A DNA stretch of 22,949 bases. It comes from Candidatus Heimdallarchaeota archaeon (GTDB taxonomy: Archaea; Asgardarchaeota; Heimdallarchaeia; Heimdallarchaeales; Heimdallarchaeaceae). Numbering within the stretch: the stretch's first letter is position 1; every line of letters starts with the position of its first letter. Under the pieces are notes generated by a model. That model worked only from the letters and a program-made list of their open reading frames with translations, ran no database searches and had not been told where the DNA came from. The position numbers and the translations under genes were made by a program. Location of the stretch: contig JABCTC010000051.1 of assembly GCA_018238545.1 (NCBI GenBank), forward strand, positions 1-22,949, written 5' to 3'. Shown piece by piece: positions 8,299 through 17,115 of this stretch.

Positions 8299-9165
8299 CT
8301 AGTCATTTAATACTGGCGATATTGTTGCTATTGCAGCTCCTTTTCCTATTGCCCATATTATCATTGATGGAAGATCCCAGTAATGTATGTCTTTTATCGG
8401 AATAACTTTGGGTATCTCCTTTTTAAGTTTCTTACTTAATTCAGGCGCCATAGAATCAAGTAAGAAAAGGTCATAAGTCAAACCTTCTTGGGCTTTTCCC
8501 TGAAGATTCTTGATGACTTTCTTAATTGCTCCCTTGTAACCTAGTCCACCACCAATTCCAACTACACCTTGATCTAAATTGATTTCAAATAGAGGTTTTA
8601 GCCTCATCACAGAGGAGATAACAGAGATTTTGATTCCCTTTTTTATTCGACCTGTGCGAAATAGTGTATTAAAATCAGCAGAGAGACCTGCAGAATGTAT
8701 AAGCTCTTTTATAGAATCTAAATATTGAATAACTTCTTCAACAGTCTTACCTTTCTTAAACAGCTTAATAGCAGAATAAATCATTGCTCCCTGACTTGGT
8801 CCCATCAAACCTGTGGGATAGATAGTAACTTTTATCTTATTTTTTACTTTCTTAGTTGCCATTTTAGCAGAGGCAATCATATTTGTAATGTTGGGACTAA
8901 CTGCAATATAAAAAACCTCATCATAACCTTCTTTTATTGCCTGTTCATAAATTTCTAAAGCATCAGGGGGGCTAGCAATACTGGATTTTGGGTAAGGATC
9001 GATATAACTCAAACTTTCAACAAATTCTTCTTTGTTGATATCTGAAATTTCTTTATACGATTTACCATCTATTTCAAAGAGAGTTTCAAAGAGAGCTATA
9101 TTTTCTTTTTCAGCAAATTCGAGAGGTAAACAAGAAGTTGGATCTGTCATTATTTTGATTTTCAT
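8299..9165 (-). CDS. DegV/FakB-family lipid-binding protein
   Basis: KIKIMTDPTS, PKSS, GYDEV..I.VS, L.RTGRI, LKPL and C-terminal G.GA motifs; 288 aa. Confidence 0.88.
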   Translation of the reverse strand: MKIKIMTDPTSCLPLEFAEKENIALFETLFEIDGKSYKEISDINKEEFVESLSYIDPYPKSSIASPPDALEIYEQAIKEGYDEVFYIAVSPNITNMIASAKMATKKVKNKIKVTIYPTGLMGPSQGAMIYSAIKLFKKGKTVEEVIQYLDSIKELIHSAGLSADFNTLFRTGRIKKGIKISVISSVMRLKPLFEINLDQGVVGIGGGLGYKGAIKKVIKNLQGKAQEGLTYDLFLLDSMAPELSKKLKKEIPKVIPIKDIHYWDLPSMIIWAIGKGAAIATISPVLND

Positions 9166-9350
9166 TCGTTAAAAATTACTTTTCTAAATATAAAAAATTT
9201 GTGCAGTATTATATTGGTAATAAATAGGTGCTTTTTTTGATTAGAAGAGCTTGTATTACATTGTAGTTGAGTTTATAGTAAGGGACAGATATTTGTACCT
9301 AAATAATAATTTTATTTGCCAATATCTTCATTCCAAAGAGAAGGATTTCA

Positions 9351-9610
9351 ATGTTAAGGTTCAAGCCAATTCAAAAAATAAGTTGCGACTTTTTATATCA
9401 CTATTCGCAATCAATGTATTTTATAGTTTATTTACTCAAGTATATGCAGATGATGATCCAGAGGGAGATGATGATGGTTTTGGTAAAGATTTAGTTCCTG
9501 TTTTGTAAAGTAAATCCGCTAAGAAAGTTATAAACAAGTATCATCGAATTATCATCTTGTTTCTCCTTGTAGTAGTTATTAATATCATACATATTGTGTT
9601 AGTTGATTAG
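9351..9610 (+). pseudogene. Broken membrane-protein gene, copy B (N-terminus fused to probable C-terminus)
   Basis: ATG 9351 gives MLRFKPIQK. A frameshift in A6 (9373-9378) leads to NKLRLFISLFAIN..VYADDDPEGDDDGFGKDLVPVL, then TAA at 9506-9508, then in frame SKSAKKVINKYHRIIILFLLVVVINIIHIVLVD*. Confidence 0.65.
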
Positions 9611-9688
9611 AAGATTTATTCACAAGCAATGTTTCAGAGAAATCAGAAAAACTCATTAATGTTTTAATTATTTTAAGAACTGAAATAT

Positions 9689-10543
9689 ATGGCTAATTCC
9701 GTTAAAGCACTTAAGATAGATATAGAAGAAGTAACATCTCGCACTGTAAGAATTAACCACAAAGAGTATTTTGACGTCAATGCTGGAGCAATCATTTTAG
9801 ACAATTTTATCATTGTCATTGATACTCTTCAATACCCAAAACAAACTCAAGAATTTAGAGAGGTACTAGAAGAGAAATATGGTCTTCCTGTCAAATATCT
9901 GTTCATAACTCATTATCACGGTGATCATCATTTTGGAGCCGTAAAGTTCAAAGACGTTGAAATCTTCGGCTCTAACGAACTTAGAAGGAACATGGAGAAG
10001 AGGTTAGAGACTTCATGGAATCAAAAAGCCTTTGATGATTGGAAAGAAAGTGTTCCTGATTTAGCAGAAATAATAGAAGAGATAGAAATCATATTACCTC
10101 ACAAAGGATTTGACGAAAAATATGTTCTGTTTGATAATGATTTAAAGGTCGAATTTTACGGATCTGGGGGGCACTCTTCATGTTCTTCTATAGCATATTT
10201 TCCAGATCAGAAAGTTCTTTTTGCAGGTGATGAAATTGCTTCAGGTTTCTGGATTTTCATGAGTGATACTACAGGAAACCCTGAAAAATGGATAGAATCT
10301 TTTGAACGATTACTGAAATTAGACATAGATATAATAGTTCCTGGACATGATCCAATTACTGGTAAAGAGTACATTGAAGAACAATTGATCTTTATGAAAA
10401 AACTCAAAGAAAGAGTATTGGATGCACTTTCTCAAGGAAAGGGAATTGAAGATGTGGATGTACCAAATTATTATGAACCTGCAACAGAATGGCAGATTCC
10501 AGAAGCTCTGAAATTTCTTTTCAAGTTTTACTCGGAGAATTAA
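9689..10543 (+). CDS. Metallo-beta-lactamase-fold hydrolase (cyclase-like subgroup)
   Basis: VNAG, VIDT, THYHGDH, GHS, LFAGD and VPGH motifs. Confidence 0.9.
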   Translation: MANSVKALKIDIEEVTSRTVRINHKEYFDVNAGAIILDNFIIVIDTLQYPKQTQEFREVLEEKYGLPVKYLFITHYHGDHHFGAVKFKDVEIFGSNELRRNMEKRLETSWNQKAFDDWKESVPDLAEIIEEIEIILPHKGFDEKYVLFDNDLKVEFYGSGGHSSCSSIAYFPDQKVLFAGDEIASGFWIFMSDTTGNPEKWIESFERLLKLDIDIIVPGHDPITGKEYIEEQLIFMKKLKERVLDALSQGKGIEDVDVPNYYEPATEWQIPEALKFLFKFYSEN

Positions 10544-10749
10544 AAAATTAGTGATTCAACCTGGTGAGCTTATTTCTTGAATTTCAAAAAAATTTATCCA
10601 TTTAACCTGATTGAGCATCACATCACCATTCAGTCTCGAAGAGATAGTATTTGTAGCAAATTTTTGAATCGTATGGAAGCAAATTTTTTTTAAACTTTCT
10701 TCTAAAAAGTAAGCGAAAGTTTTTTTTGTGGTGGATTTACTTCAATATA

Positions 10750-11778
10750 ATGAATTTGCAGAATGAGATTACCAAAAAAGGTAATCTATTAGATGGAAAA
10801 GGCCATTTAATTCAAAAGGGATGGGCTCGACGACCTTACTTGAAGTATAACAGAGAGAATTTAGGCAAAGGATGGTTAAGAACAAAGGAATGGGACTATT
10901 ATGCTGTTTTACATCCTGAATTTGGCTTAAGCTTTACAATTACAGATTTAGGAATAATGGGTATTTACAATATTACTTGGCTTGATTTTAAAGAACGAAC
11001 TTTTTTTCCAGATGAGGAAACTAAACTATTTACTAAAGGAAAAACCAATTTACCATTAACTTCAGAAAAAGGGGATATAAACTATGAGGGGAAAAATTTA
11101 CAGATATCAATTCTTAAAAAACCAAAAGCAAGAAAAATAGTATTTGACTTTCCTACTTTTATGGGAGGTGCTGGTTTATCTGGGTCTTTAGAGATGGATC
11201 AAAATCCAACTATGGACAGTATGGTAATTCATACTCCTTGGAAAAATAAACCTAAATGTTTCTATTATAACCATAAAGTGAACTGCATGCCAACTGAAGG
11301 AAAAGTTGTTCTAGGTGGCAAGGAATATGTTTTCAAAAAAGAAAATAGTTTTGCAGTTCTAGATTGGGGCAGAGGAATTTGGCCTTATTCAGACACATGG
11401 TACTGGGGCTCGGCATCAGGAAAACAAGGAAATGATATTATTGGCTTCAATATTGGATATGGTTTTGGTGATACTTCAGCTGCTTCTGAAAATATTTTCT
11501 ACTTGAATGGAAAAGGACACAAGCTAAATCAAGTTGAATTTATTTTTAATTCAAAAGACTTTCTTAAACCTTGGAAATTTATGAGTAACGATGGGAGATT
11601 TGAATTAGATTTTGAACCAATATTAGACAGAAACTCAATTGTAAATCTATTTATTTTCAAATCTATTCAACATCAAGTTTTTGGACATTTTTCAGGAATA
11701 ATCATTCTAGATGATGGTAAAGAGTATGAGGTTAAAAATCTGTTAGGTTTTGCAGAAGAAGTAAAGAATAGATGGTAA
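10750..11778 (+). CDS. DUF2804 family protein (start revised to ATG 10750)
   Basis: LLD..G.L...GWAR, KEWDYY, DWGRGIWPY...WYW, NIGYGFGD, HQVFG.FSG and GFAE.V.NRW. Confidence 0.82.
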   Translation: MNLQNEITKKGNLLDGKGHLIQKGWARRPYLKYNRENLGKGWLRTKEWDYYAVLHPEFGLSFTITDLGIMGIYNITWLDFKERTFFPDEETKLFTKGKTNLPLTSEKGDINYEGKNLQISILKKPKARKIVFDFPTFMGGAGLSGSLEMDQNPTMDSMVIHTPWKNKPKCFYYNHKVNCMPTEGKVVLGGKEYVFKKENSFAVLDWGRGIWPYSDTWYWGSASGKQGNDIIGFNIGYGFGDTSAASENIFYLNGKGHKLNQVEFIFNSKDFLKPWKFMSNDGRFELDFEPILDRNSIVNLFIFKSIQHQVFGHFSGIIILDDGKEYEVKNLLGFAEEVKNRW

Positions 11779-11954
11779 GCAAGTGCTTGTTATATTCTAA
11801 TAAGATGAAATCAAATCACAAGTAATTTTAAGATTTCCTTGCTAGATAATCTAAATAATAAAAGAAACCATCTAACCTTTTGAAATTTAAACTTCAGTAC
11901 AAATACTTATACACTGCTTGAGCTAATTTTTGTTGAATAGTAACACTACTAGGG

Positions 11955-12755
11955 ATGAAAATTAGAATGTCTCAAAAATTATGCATTATAGGTCTTGGAT
12001 TTATCGGTTCTGAGATAATTAAGTATTTAGATCAATTTAGAAATAAAATAGGATTATCAGCAGTTTTTGATATAGATAAGAAAAAGATGGAAGAGATTGC
12101 AGAAAAATATCCCAAGGTTAGATTAATGGCTTCTATAACTGATTTTGATGACTGTGATCTAGTGATCGAAGCAGCTACACAACAAGTTGTAAAAGAGATA
12201 TTTGTTAAAATTGTAAAAACAGAGAAAATTTTCATCCCTATGAGTATTGGTGCATTTATTACAGATGATAAGATCTACTCAGATTACATAACATTAGAGA
12301 AATCAAAACAACAACTAATCAAATTTCCTTCAGGAGCAATTGGGGGGTTTGATGCAATAAATTCTATCAAGCAAATAGGGATAATTTCAGCAAAATTAAC
12401 TACTACGAAACCTCCAGTTGTTTTCAGAGAACAGAAATATATTGAAGAGAACAAGATTGTTCTTTCAGATAACGAGAAAACACAAGTTTTCAATGGTAAT
12501 GCAAAAGAAGCAGCTAAAGCCTTTCCTAGAAGTATAAATGTAGGGGCAAGGCTCGCACTTGCTACTCTAGGCCCCGAAGAAACTATAGTGGAAGTCTATT
12601 CCGATCCTCTTACAAAGAGAAACACACACGAAATAGAAATTTATTCAGAGGTTGGTGTGTATAGGTTCTCTTTCCAAAACAATCCTTCCCCAACAAATCC
12701 GAAAACAAGCTGGCTTGCTGCTCTATCAATCTTAGAAATTCTTGAAAAAATCTAA
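11955..12755 (+). CDS. nadX: L-aspartate dehydrogenase
   Basis: GLGFIG Rossmann motif, VIEAA, MSIGA, PSGAIGGFD, FPRSINV, NTHEI and NPKTSWLAALS. Confidence 0.9.
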   Translation: MKIRMSQKLCIIGLGFIGSEIIKYLDQFRNKIGLSAVFDIDKKKMEEIAEKYPKVRLMASITDFDDCDLVIEAATQQVVKEIFVKIVKTEKIFIPMSIGAFITDDKIYSDYITLEKSKQQLIKFPSGAIGGFDAINSIKQIGIISAKLTTTKPPVVFREQKYIEENKIVLSDNEKTQVFNGNAKEAAKAFPRSINVGARLALATLGPEETIVEVYSDPLTKRNTHEIEIYSEVGVYRFSFQNNPSPTNPKTSWLAALSILEILEKI

Positions 12756-12869
12756 AAAATTAGTTATTGACAAAATCACCTGAATTAGTTATTGTCTTTG
12801 CAACTGAATCAACATCCTTTGTTTTAGAAAATTTATTAAATGGGAAATTCACACTTGTTGCGAAAGAGT

Positions 12870-14138
12870 ATGCAATTGTCAAATGATATCCTTAATTTAA
12901 TTCAAACAGAAGCGAAAGAGAGATTTCTACGTTATATACAAATCGAAACGACTTCCTCAGAGGAGACAGGAACCCATCCTTCAACACCTGAGCAATTTGA
13001 ATTAGGAAAACTTCTAAAAAAAGAATTAACAGAATTGGGGCTTGAAAATATCGTTCATGATGAGTTTGGATATGTTTATGCAAATTTACAAGCAAGCGAA
13101 GGTTATGAGAACGTTCCCTCTATAGGTTTCATTTCTCACATGGACACTTCTTCTGCAGCAAGTGGGAAGAATGTTAAACACATAATTCACGAGAAATATG
13201 ATGGTTCCACAATAACTTTTCCAAAAGATGAAAAACTATCAATTACAATAGAGGAATCGCCTGAATTAGCTAAGATGATCGGGATGGATATCATAACTGC
13301 TTCAGGAGATACATTATTGGGAGCAGATGATAAAGCAGGAATAGCAGAGATAATGGCAGCATTAACTGCATGGACAAAATTTCCGGAGCTAAAACATGGA
13401 CCTATAACTGTTTGTTTTACTCCTGATGAAGAAATAGGTGAGGGCACAGAAAAAATTGATATGGAGAGATTAAATCAGCTTAAATGTGCATATACAATGG
13501 ATGGGGGAGAAATGGGAGAACTAGAAACTGAGTGTTTTGACGCATGGAAAGCAGAATTTGAATTCATAGGGTTAAGTGTTCATCCTGGATACGCTAAAGA
13601 TAAAATGATCAATGCCATAAGTGTAGCTTCACGTTTCTTTTCTCAAATACCTGAAAAAGAAACTCCTGAACAAACCGAAAATAGAGAAGGTTTCTACCAC
13701 TTATATGATTTAAGTGGAGGTGAGGAGAAAGCTACAGCAAAGATGATTATACGAGATTTTGAAGTAGAGAATAATAAACGAAGAATGGATTATTTGAAAG
13801 CCTTAAAAGATACTTTTGAAAATCTGTACAAAGGTTTGGAGATAAAAGTCAAATTCACTCACAGTTATGAAAATATGAACATATTTCTTGTTGATTATCC
13901 TGAAATTGTGAAAAAAGCAGAAAAAGCCATATTAGACGCTGGACTAGAATTGATACGAACAGCAATCCGTGGTGGTACTGATGGTGCTAGATTATCTGCT
14001 AGAGGCTTACCAACACCCAATATCTTTGCAGGGGGGATGTTGTTTCACTCGAGAAAAGAATATATTCCTACCTTAGCACTCCAAAAAGCAACAGAGGTTA
14101 TCCTTCTAATTGCAAGTAACTGGACAAATTCAGATTAA
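12870..14138 (+). CDS. pepT: Peptidase T (tripeptide aminopeptidase, M20B); start approximate
   Basis: ERFLRY..I.T.S, HMDT, LLGADDKAG, FTPDEEIG, HPGYAK, IRDF, IRGGTDGARLS and FHS.KE. Confidence 0.93.
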   Translation: MQLSNDILNLIQTEAKERFLRYIQIETTSSEETGTHPSTPEQFELGKLLKKELTELGLENIVHDEFGYVYANLQASEGYENVPSIGFISHMDTSSAASGKNVKHIIHEKYDGSTITFPKDEKLSITIEESPELAKMIGMDIITASGDTLLGADDKAGIAEIMAALTAWTKFPELKHGPITVCFTPDEEIGEGTEKIDMERLNQLKCAYTMDGGEMGELETECFDAWKAEFEFIGLSVHPGYAKDKMINAISVASRFFSQIPEKETPEQTENREGFYHLYDLSGGEEKATAKMIIRDFEVENNKRRMDYLKALKDTFENLYKGLEIKVKFTHSYENMNIFLVDYPEIVKKAEKAILDAGLELIRTAIRGGTDGARLSARGLPTPNIFAGGMLFHSRKEYIPTLALQKATEVILLIASNWTNSD

Positions 14139-14226
14139 ATCTTGCAAGCTTTCTTTTCAATTTGTAGTAAGATAGAGAATCAGAAATTCATGAGAGTTGA
14201 TTGTATAAAATTGTAGCGAACACAGT

Positions 14227-14793
14227 TTACTGTTTGTTCAATTCTAATTGATAGATCAACCACGTAAAAGCTTCATAGACACCTTTACCATTTAGAGCAC
14301 TACAATCAAAAACTGAAAAAGTTCGATCTTTCAATTCTAAATGAAGGTTTAACAATTGTATCAATAAAGGTGCTTGAATCGCATCCGGTAAATCTTGCTT
14401 ATTAGCTAGAATCAGAGTTGGCACTTTATCTAAGTGAGGATTATTAAAAACGTGTGTACTCAAAATATCTCGAGCTTCAGGTAATCGTTCGATATCAGCA
14501 GCATCTATTACGAAAACGGCAGCGGAGCAGCCAGGGTAGTGTACCTCCCACAGGAATCTAAACTGCTCTTGTCCGGCCACATCTATGGTAGTTATATCCC
14601 ATCCTTCGAAATTTATTGAATCTATGTTCTGACCTATCGTAGGAGTAGTATCATCTTGATATGCACCTGTATTCATGTATTTTGTCAGTGTCGTTTTTCC
14701 TGCTGAATCCAGACCAACGATAAGAATTTTAGCTCTTTTCTCAGTTTTTAGTTTTTTTCTTAACCATTGGGAAAATGAAGTAAAAGCACTCAT
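14227..14793 (-). CDS. Arf-family small GTPase (Arf/Arl/Sar1-related; eukaryotic signature protein)
   Basis: G1 GLDSAGKT, G2 PTIG, G3 DVAGQ followed by FRFLW..HY, VFVID..D..RL.EA, G4 ANKQD, G5 CSAL.GKGV, and an N-terminal amphipathic extension. Confidence 0.92.
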   Translation of the reverse strand: MSAFTSFSQWLRKKLKTEKRAKILIVGLDSAGKTTLTKYMNTGAYQDDTTPTIGQNIDSINFEGWDITTIDVAGQEQFRFLWEVHYPGCSAAVFVIDAADIERLPEARDILSTHVFNNPHLDKVPTLILANKQDLPDAIQAPLLIQLLNLHLELKDRTFSVFDCSALNGKGVYEAFTWLIYQLELNKQ

Positions 14794-14971
14794 CTTGACA
14801 CTTCTGTTATTCGATAAATCTATTTTGTTTATTCAACAATCTCATCTAATATAATCTTCGATAGTTTATAGCTATATAAAACTTAATTTATTTATGCAAT
14901 TATTTTTAACGAAATCTTCTGAATAAATTTTTTCAGTAAGTTTTAAATTCATGCCCTTCAATCTCTTTCTT

Positions 14972-16411
14972 ATGGCAGAAGTAGAAGGACGATATGATAG
15001 AAGGCTGCTTTCTGTAGATGTAGTCAAAGGGATAGCTATTATGGGGGTTCTCTTCATCCACCCAACAATCTATGGTATTTGGCATACAGAAGCCTTAGCT
15101 CTAGAAACTGTTAATTTTTGGGTTGTGATAGGTTTTATCCCCATTATTCTTATGGGTACTTGGGGAGGAGGTTTCCCTCTTATCAGTTCTTTAGTTAACA
15201 CTTATAACGTTTTTAACAGACTTGAACGTGGAATTAAATTCAGAAAAGCTATTGTTCCTATTTTGATCAACAGTACTATCCTTCTACTTCTAGATCCTCT
15301 CAAAGGTTTTCTCTTTGGTAGAACATGGACTAATACCTTCCCAACTGATTCAACGGTTTATGGAAAATACAATTTCTCTGTTCTTTCTCATTTGCTAGAG
15401 TATGGAACTTTCAGACTTCCTACTGCTGAAAAAATATTCCAAATAGGATCCTTACCTGCAATTGGTTTAAGTGGTTTTATGGTTGTCTTTCTCTTGTGGA
15501 TACTCTTCAGAAATGGAGGTAGAAAGAAGACTAAGCGCAATGTCATTATTTTGATTAGCATCGGACTAGTTTGGGCTGGAATAAATAATTTTGTTTGTGA
15601 ATGGACATATGACTACATAGGAGTTCTATTTCTTAAAGGAGGGATATTCACTTTCTTTGCTTATATTTTGCGCCTTTTTTTTGGTGCTCAACTATCATTC
15701 TTTCCTATGGGTATCTATGCCATTTTTGGAATGGTTGGAGGTTATCTTGTTGCACAAAAAAAGGATATCAAATGGATTAAACGTTATGGATATGGTTTTG
15801 GTAGCCTTTTCTTAGGAGGATTCGTTATTACAACAGCCATTACTTTATCTCAAGCAACAGGTATTGAAGCAGGGCTTTTTGGCATCTTAGATTATGAAAT
15901 TTATCCAAGAGAGTTATTTTTCCTAAGTATAGGTTGTATGATGTTCATTCTCGTTTTTCTAGTTAAGAAATTTGAGTACACAAGTAGTGATAATAAAATT
16001 CGCTTAGCTAAGAAAACTGCTTTTATCAGAAGATTTGGTGTAGCAACTTTAACTATATACTTCTTTGAACCATTATTTAATGGCATTTTTCCGTTTATAT
16101 TCCATAGATTATTTGGTGGACCGGTTCAAGGGTTCGGAACAGCAGATCTATTTATGACAAATGTTGGAGCGATTTTCCTCTACGAGTTTGTAATTTTCGC
16201 ATTCTGGGGATTAGGTGTTTATTTCTGGTCTAAAACGGGATATAAATTTGGTTTAGAGCATCTAATAATTGTTACAACAAGACCCTTACGTAAAGTGAAA
16301 ACTAAGCGGCTTCAATTATATATTCCATCTATGGAAGAACTTGATGCTTTGCCAGAGAAAAAAAAGCGTAGAAATAGGAGAGAAAAACAAGAAACAGAAA
16401 AAGATTCATAG
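14972..16411 (+). CDS. Polytopic membrane protein, HGSNAT/DUF1624-like transmembrane acyltransferase superfamily
   Basis: N-terminal RLLSVDVVKGIAIMGVLFIH (R..S.D..RG...H type), about 10 TM segments, and late G..TLTIY. Start is 14972 or 14951. Confidence 0.6.
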   Translation: MAEVEGRYDRRLLSVDVVKGIAIMGVLFIHPTIYGIWHTEALALETVNFWVVIGFIPIILMGTWGGGFPLISSLVNTYNVFNRLERGIKFRKAIVPILINSTILLLLDPLKGFLFGRTWTNTFPTDSTVYGKYNFSVLSHLLEYGTFRLPTAEKIFQIGSLPAIGLSGFMVVFLLWILFRNGGRKKTKRNVIILISIGLVWAGINNFVCEWTYDYIGVLFLKGGIFTFFAYILRLFFGAQLSFFPMGIYAIFGMVGGYLVAQKKDIKWIKRYGYGFGSLFLGGFVITTAITLSQATGIEAGLFGILDYEIYPRELFFLSIGCMMFILVFLVKKFEYTSSDNKIRLAKKTAFIRRFGVATLTIYFFEPLFNGIFPFIFHRLFGGPVQGFGTADLFMTNVGAIFLYEFVIFAFWGLGVYFWSKTGYKFGLEHLIIVTTRPLRKVKTKRLQLYIPSMEELDALPEKKKRRNRREKQETEKDS

Positions 16412-16458
16412 AAGATGAATTTCAGAAAATTCTTATATTCAAACTATTCTTGGAAAAC

Positions 16459-17055
16459 ATGGACAAAGAGAATCTTGTCAAGGAAGGATATGACAAGATT
16501 TCAGAGAATTTTCTCAGTTTTAGACATCAGTTTGATAATTCTCAAGAGCTAGAAAAGTATGTTAAATATCTTCCAGAGAAGGGAAAAGTGCTTGATGTAG
16601 GCTGTGGAGTTGGTATTCCAATAGCAAAGTTTTTTGTAGAAAATGGCTTTGATTTGACAGGTATAGATATTTCCAAGGGGATGGTAACTAATGCAAGAAA
16701 AAACGTTCCCGAAGCACAGTTTTTTCAATATGATATGGCTGATTTAGAATTTCAAGATAATTATTTTGATGGTTTGGTATCCATCTATGCAATGTTTCAT
16801 GTTCCAAAACGGAAACATGGTGAGATTATCAAAAACTTTCATAGAATGCTGAAAAAAGAAGGCTTTATGATACTGGTTTTCAATCCACGTGAAAATGAAG
16901 GAGTCGATGATTTTCTTGGAACAGATATGTATTGGAGTTGTCATAAACCTGAAATATCTAGAGAGTTAGTACTAGATGCTGGGTTTGAAATCATATTTGA
17001 TGAAATTCTTGATAGAGGAAATGAGCTTATGTATTGGATAATAGCCAAGAAATAG
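16459..17055 (+). CDS. Class I SAM-dependent methyltransferase
   Basis: VLDVGCGVG, GIDIS..M, FDG and YAMFHVP. Confidence 0.9.
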   Translation: MDKENLVKEGYDKISENFLSFRHQFDNSQELEKYVKYLPEKGKVLDVGCGVGIPIAKFFVENGFDLTGIDISKGMVTNARKNVPEAQFFQYDMADLEFQDNYFDGLVSIYAMFHVPKRKHGEIIKNFHRMLKKEGFMILVFNPRENEGVDDFLGTDMYWSCHKPEISRELVLDAGFEIIFDEILDRGNELMYWIIAKK

Positions 17056-17115
17056 AACCAACATTTTAACTTTCTTTTCGAAAAACTTATCACAATCCCC
17101 ACAAATTTTCTGTTA

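Noticed and set aside
8299-8405. Hydrophobic tail of ORF 8073-8405 as a real overlapping gene
   Set aside because: It is antisense to the conserved degV C-terminus and most simply read-through of a truncated pseudogene.
9251-9350. N-terminal part of the 85-aa track ORF
   Set aside because: The TTG start lies in intergenic DNA. Homology to copy A points to ATG 9351 plus a frameshift.
8069-9492. Repeat pair as DGR TR/VR, CRISPR repeats or RiPP precursors
   Set aside because: Differences are mainly synonymous and not adenine-specific. There are only two copies, no RT, cas or modifying enzymes are adjacent, and both copies continue into TM-coding remnants.
10544-10749. ~200-nt intergenic gap with a short minus-strand open frame
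   Set aside because: No convincing start, motif or stable structure.
16352-16390. NLS-like PEKKKRR tail
   Set aside because: Basic tails are common on membrane proteins in AT-rich prokaryotes and carry no functional implication here.
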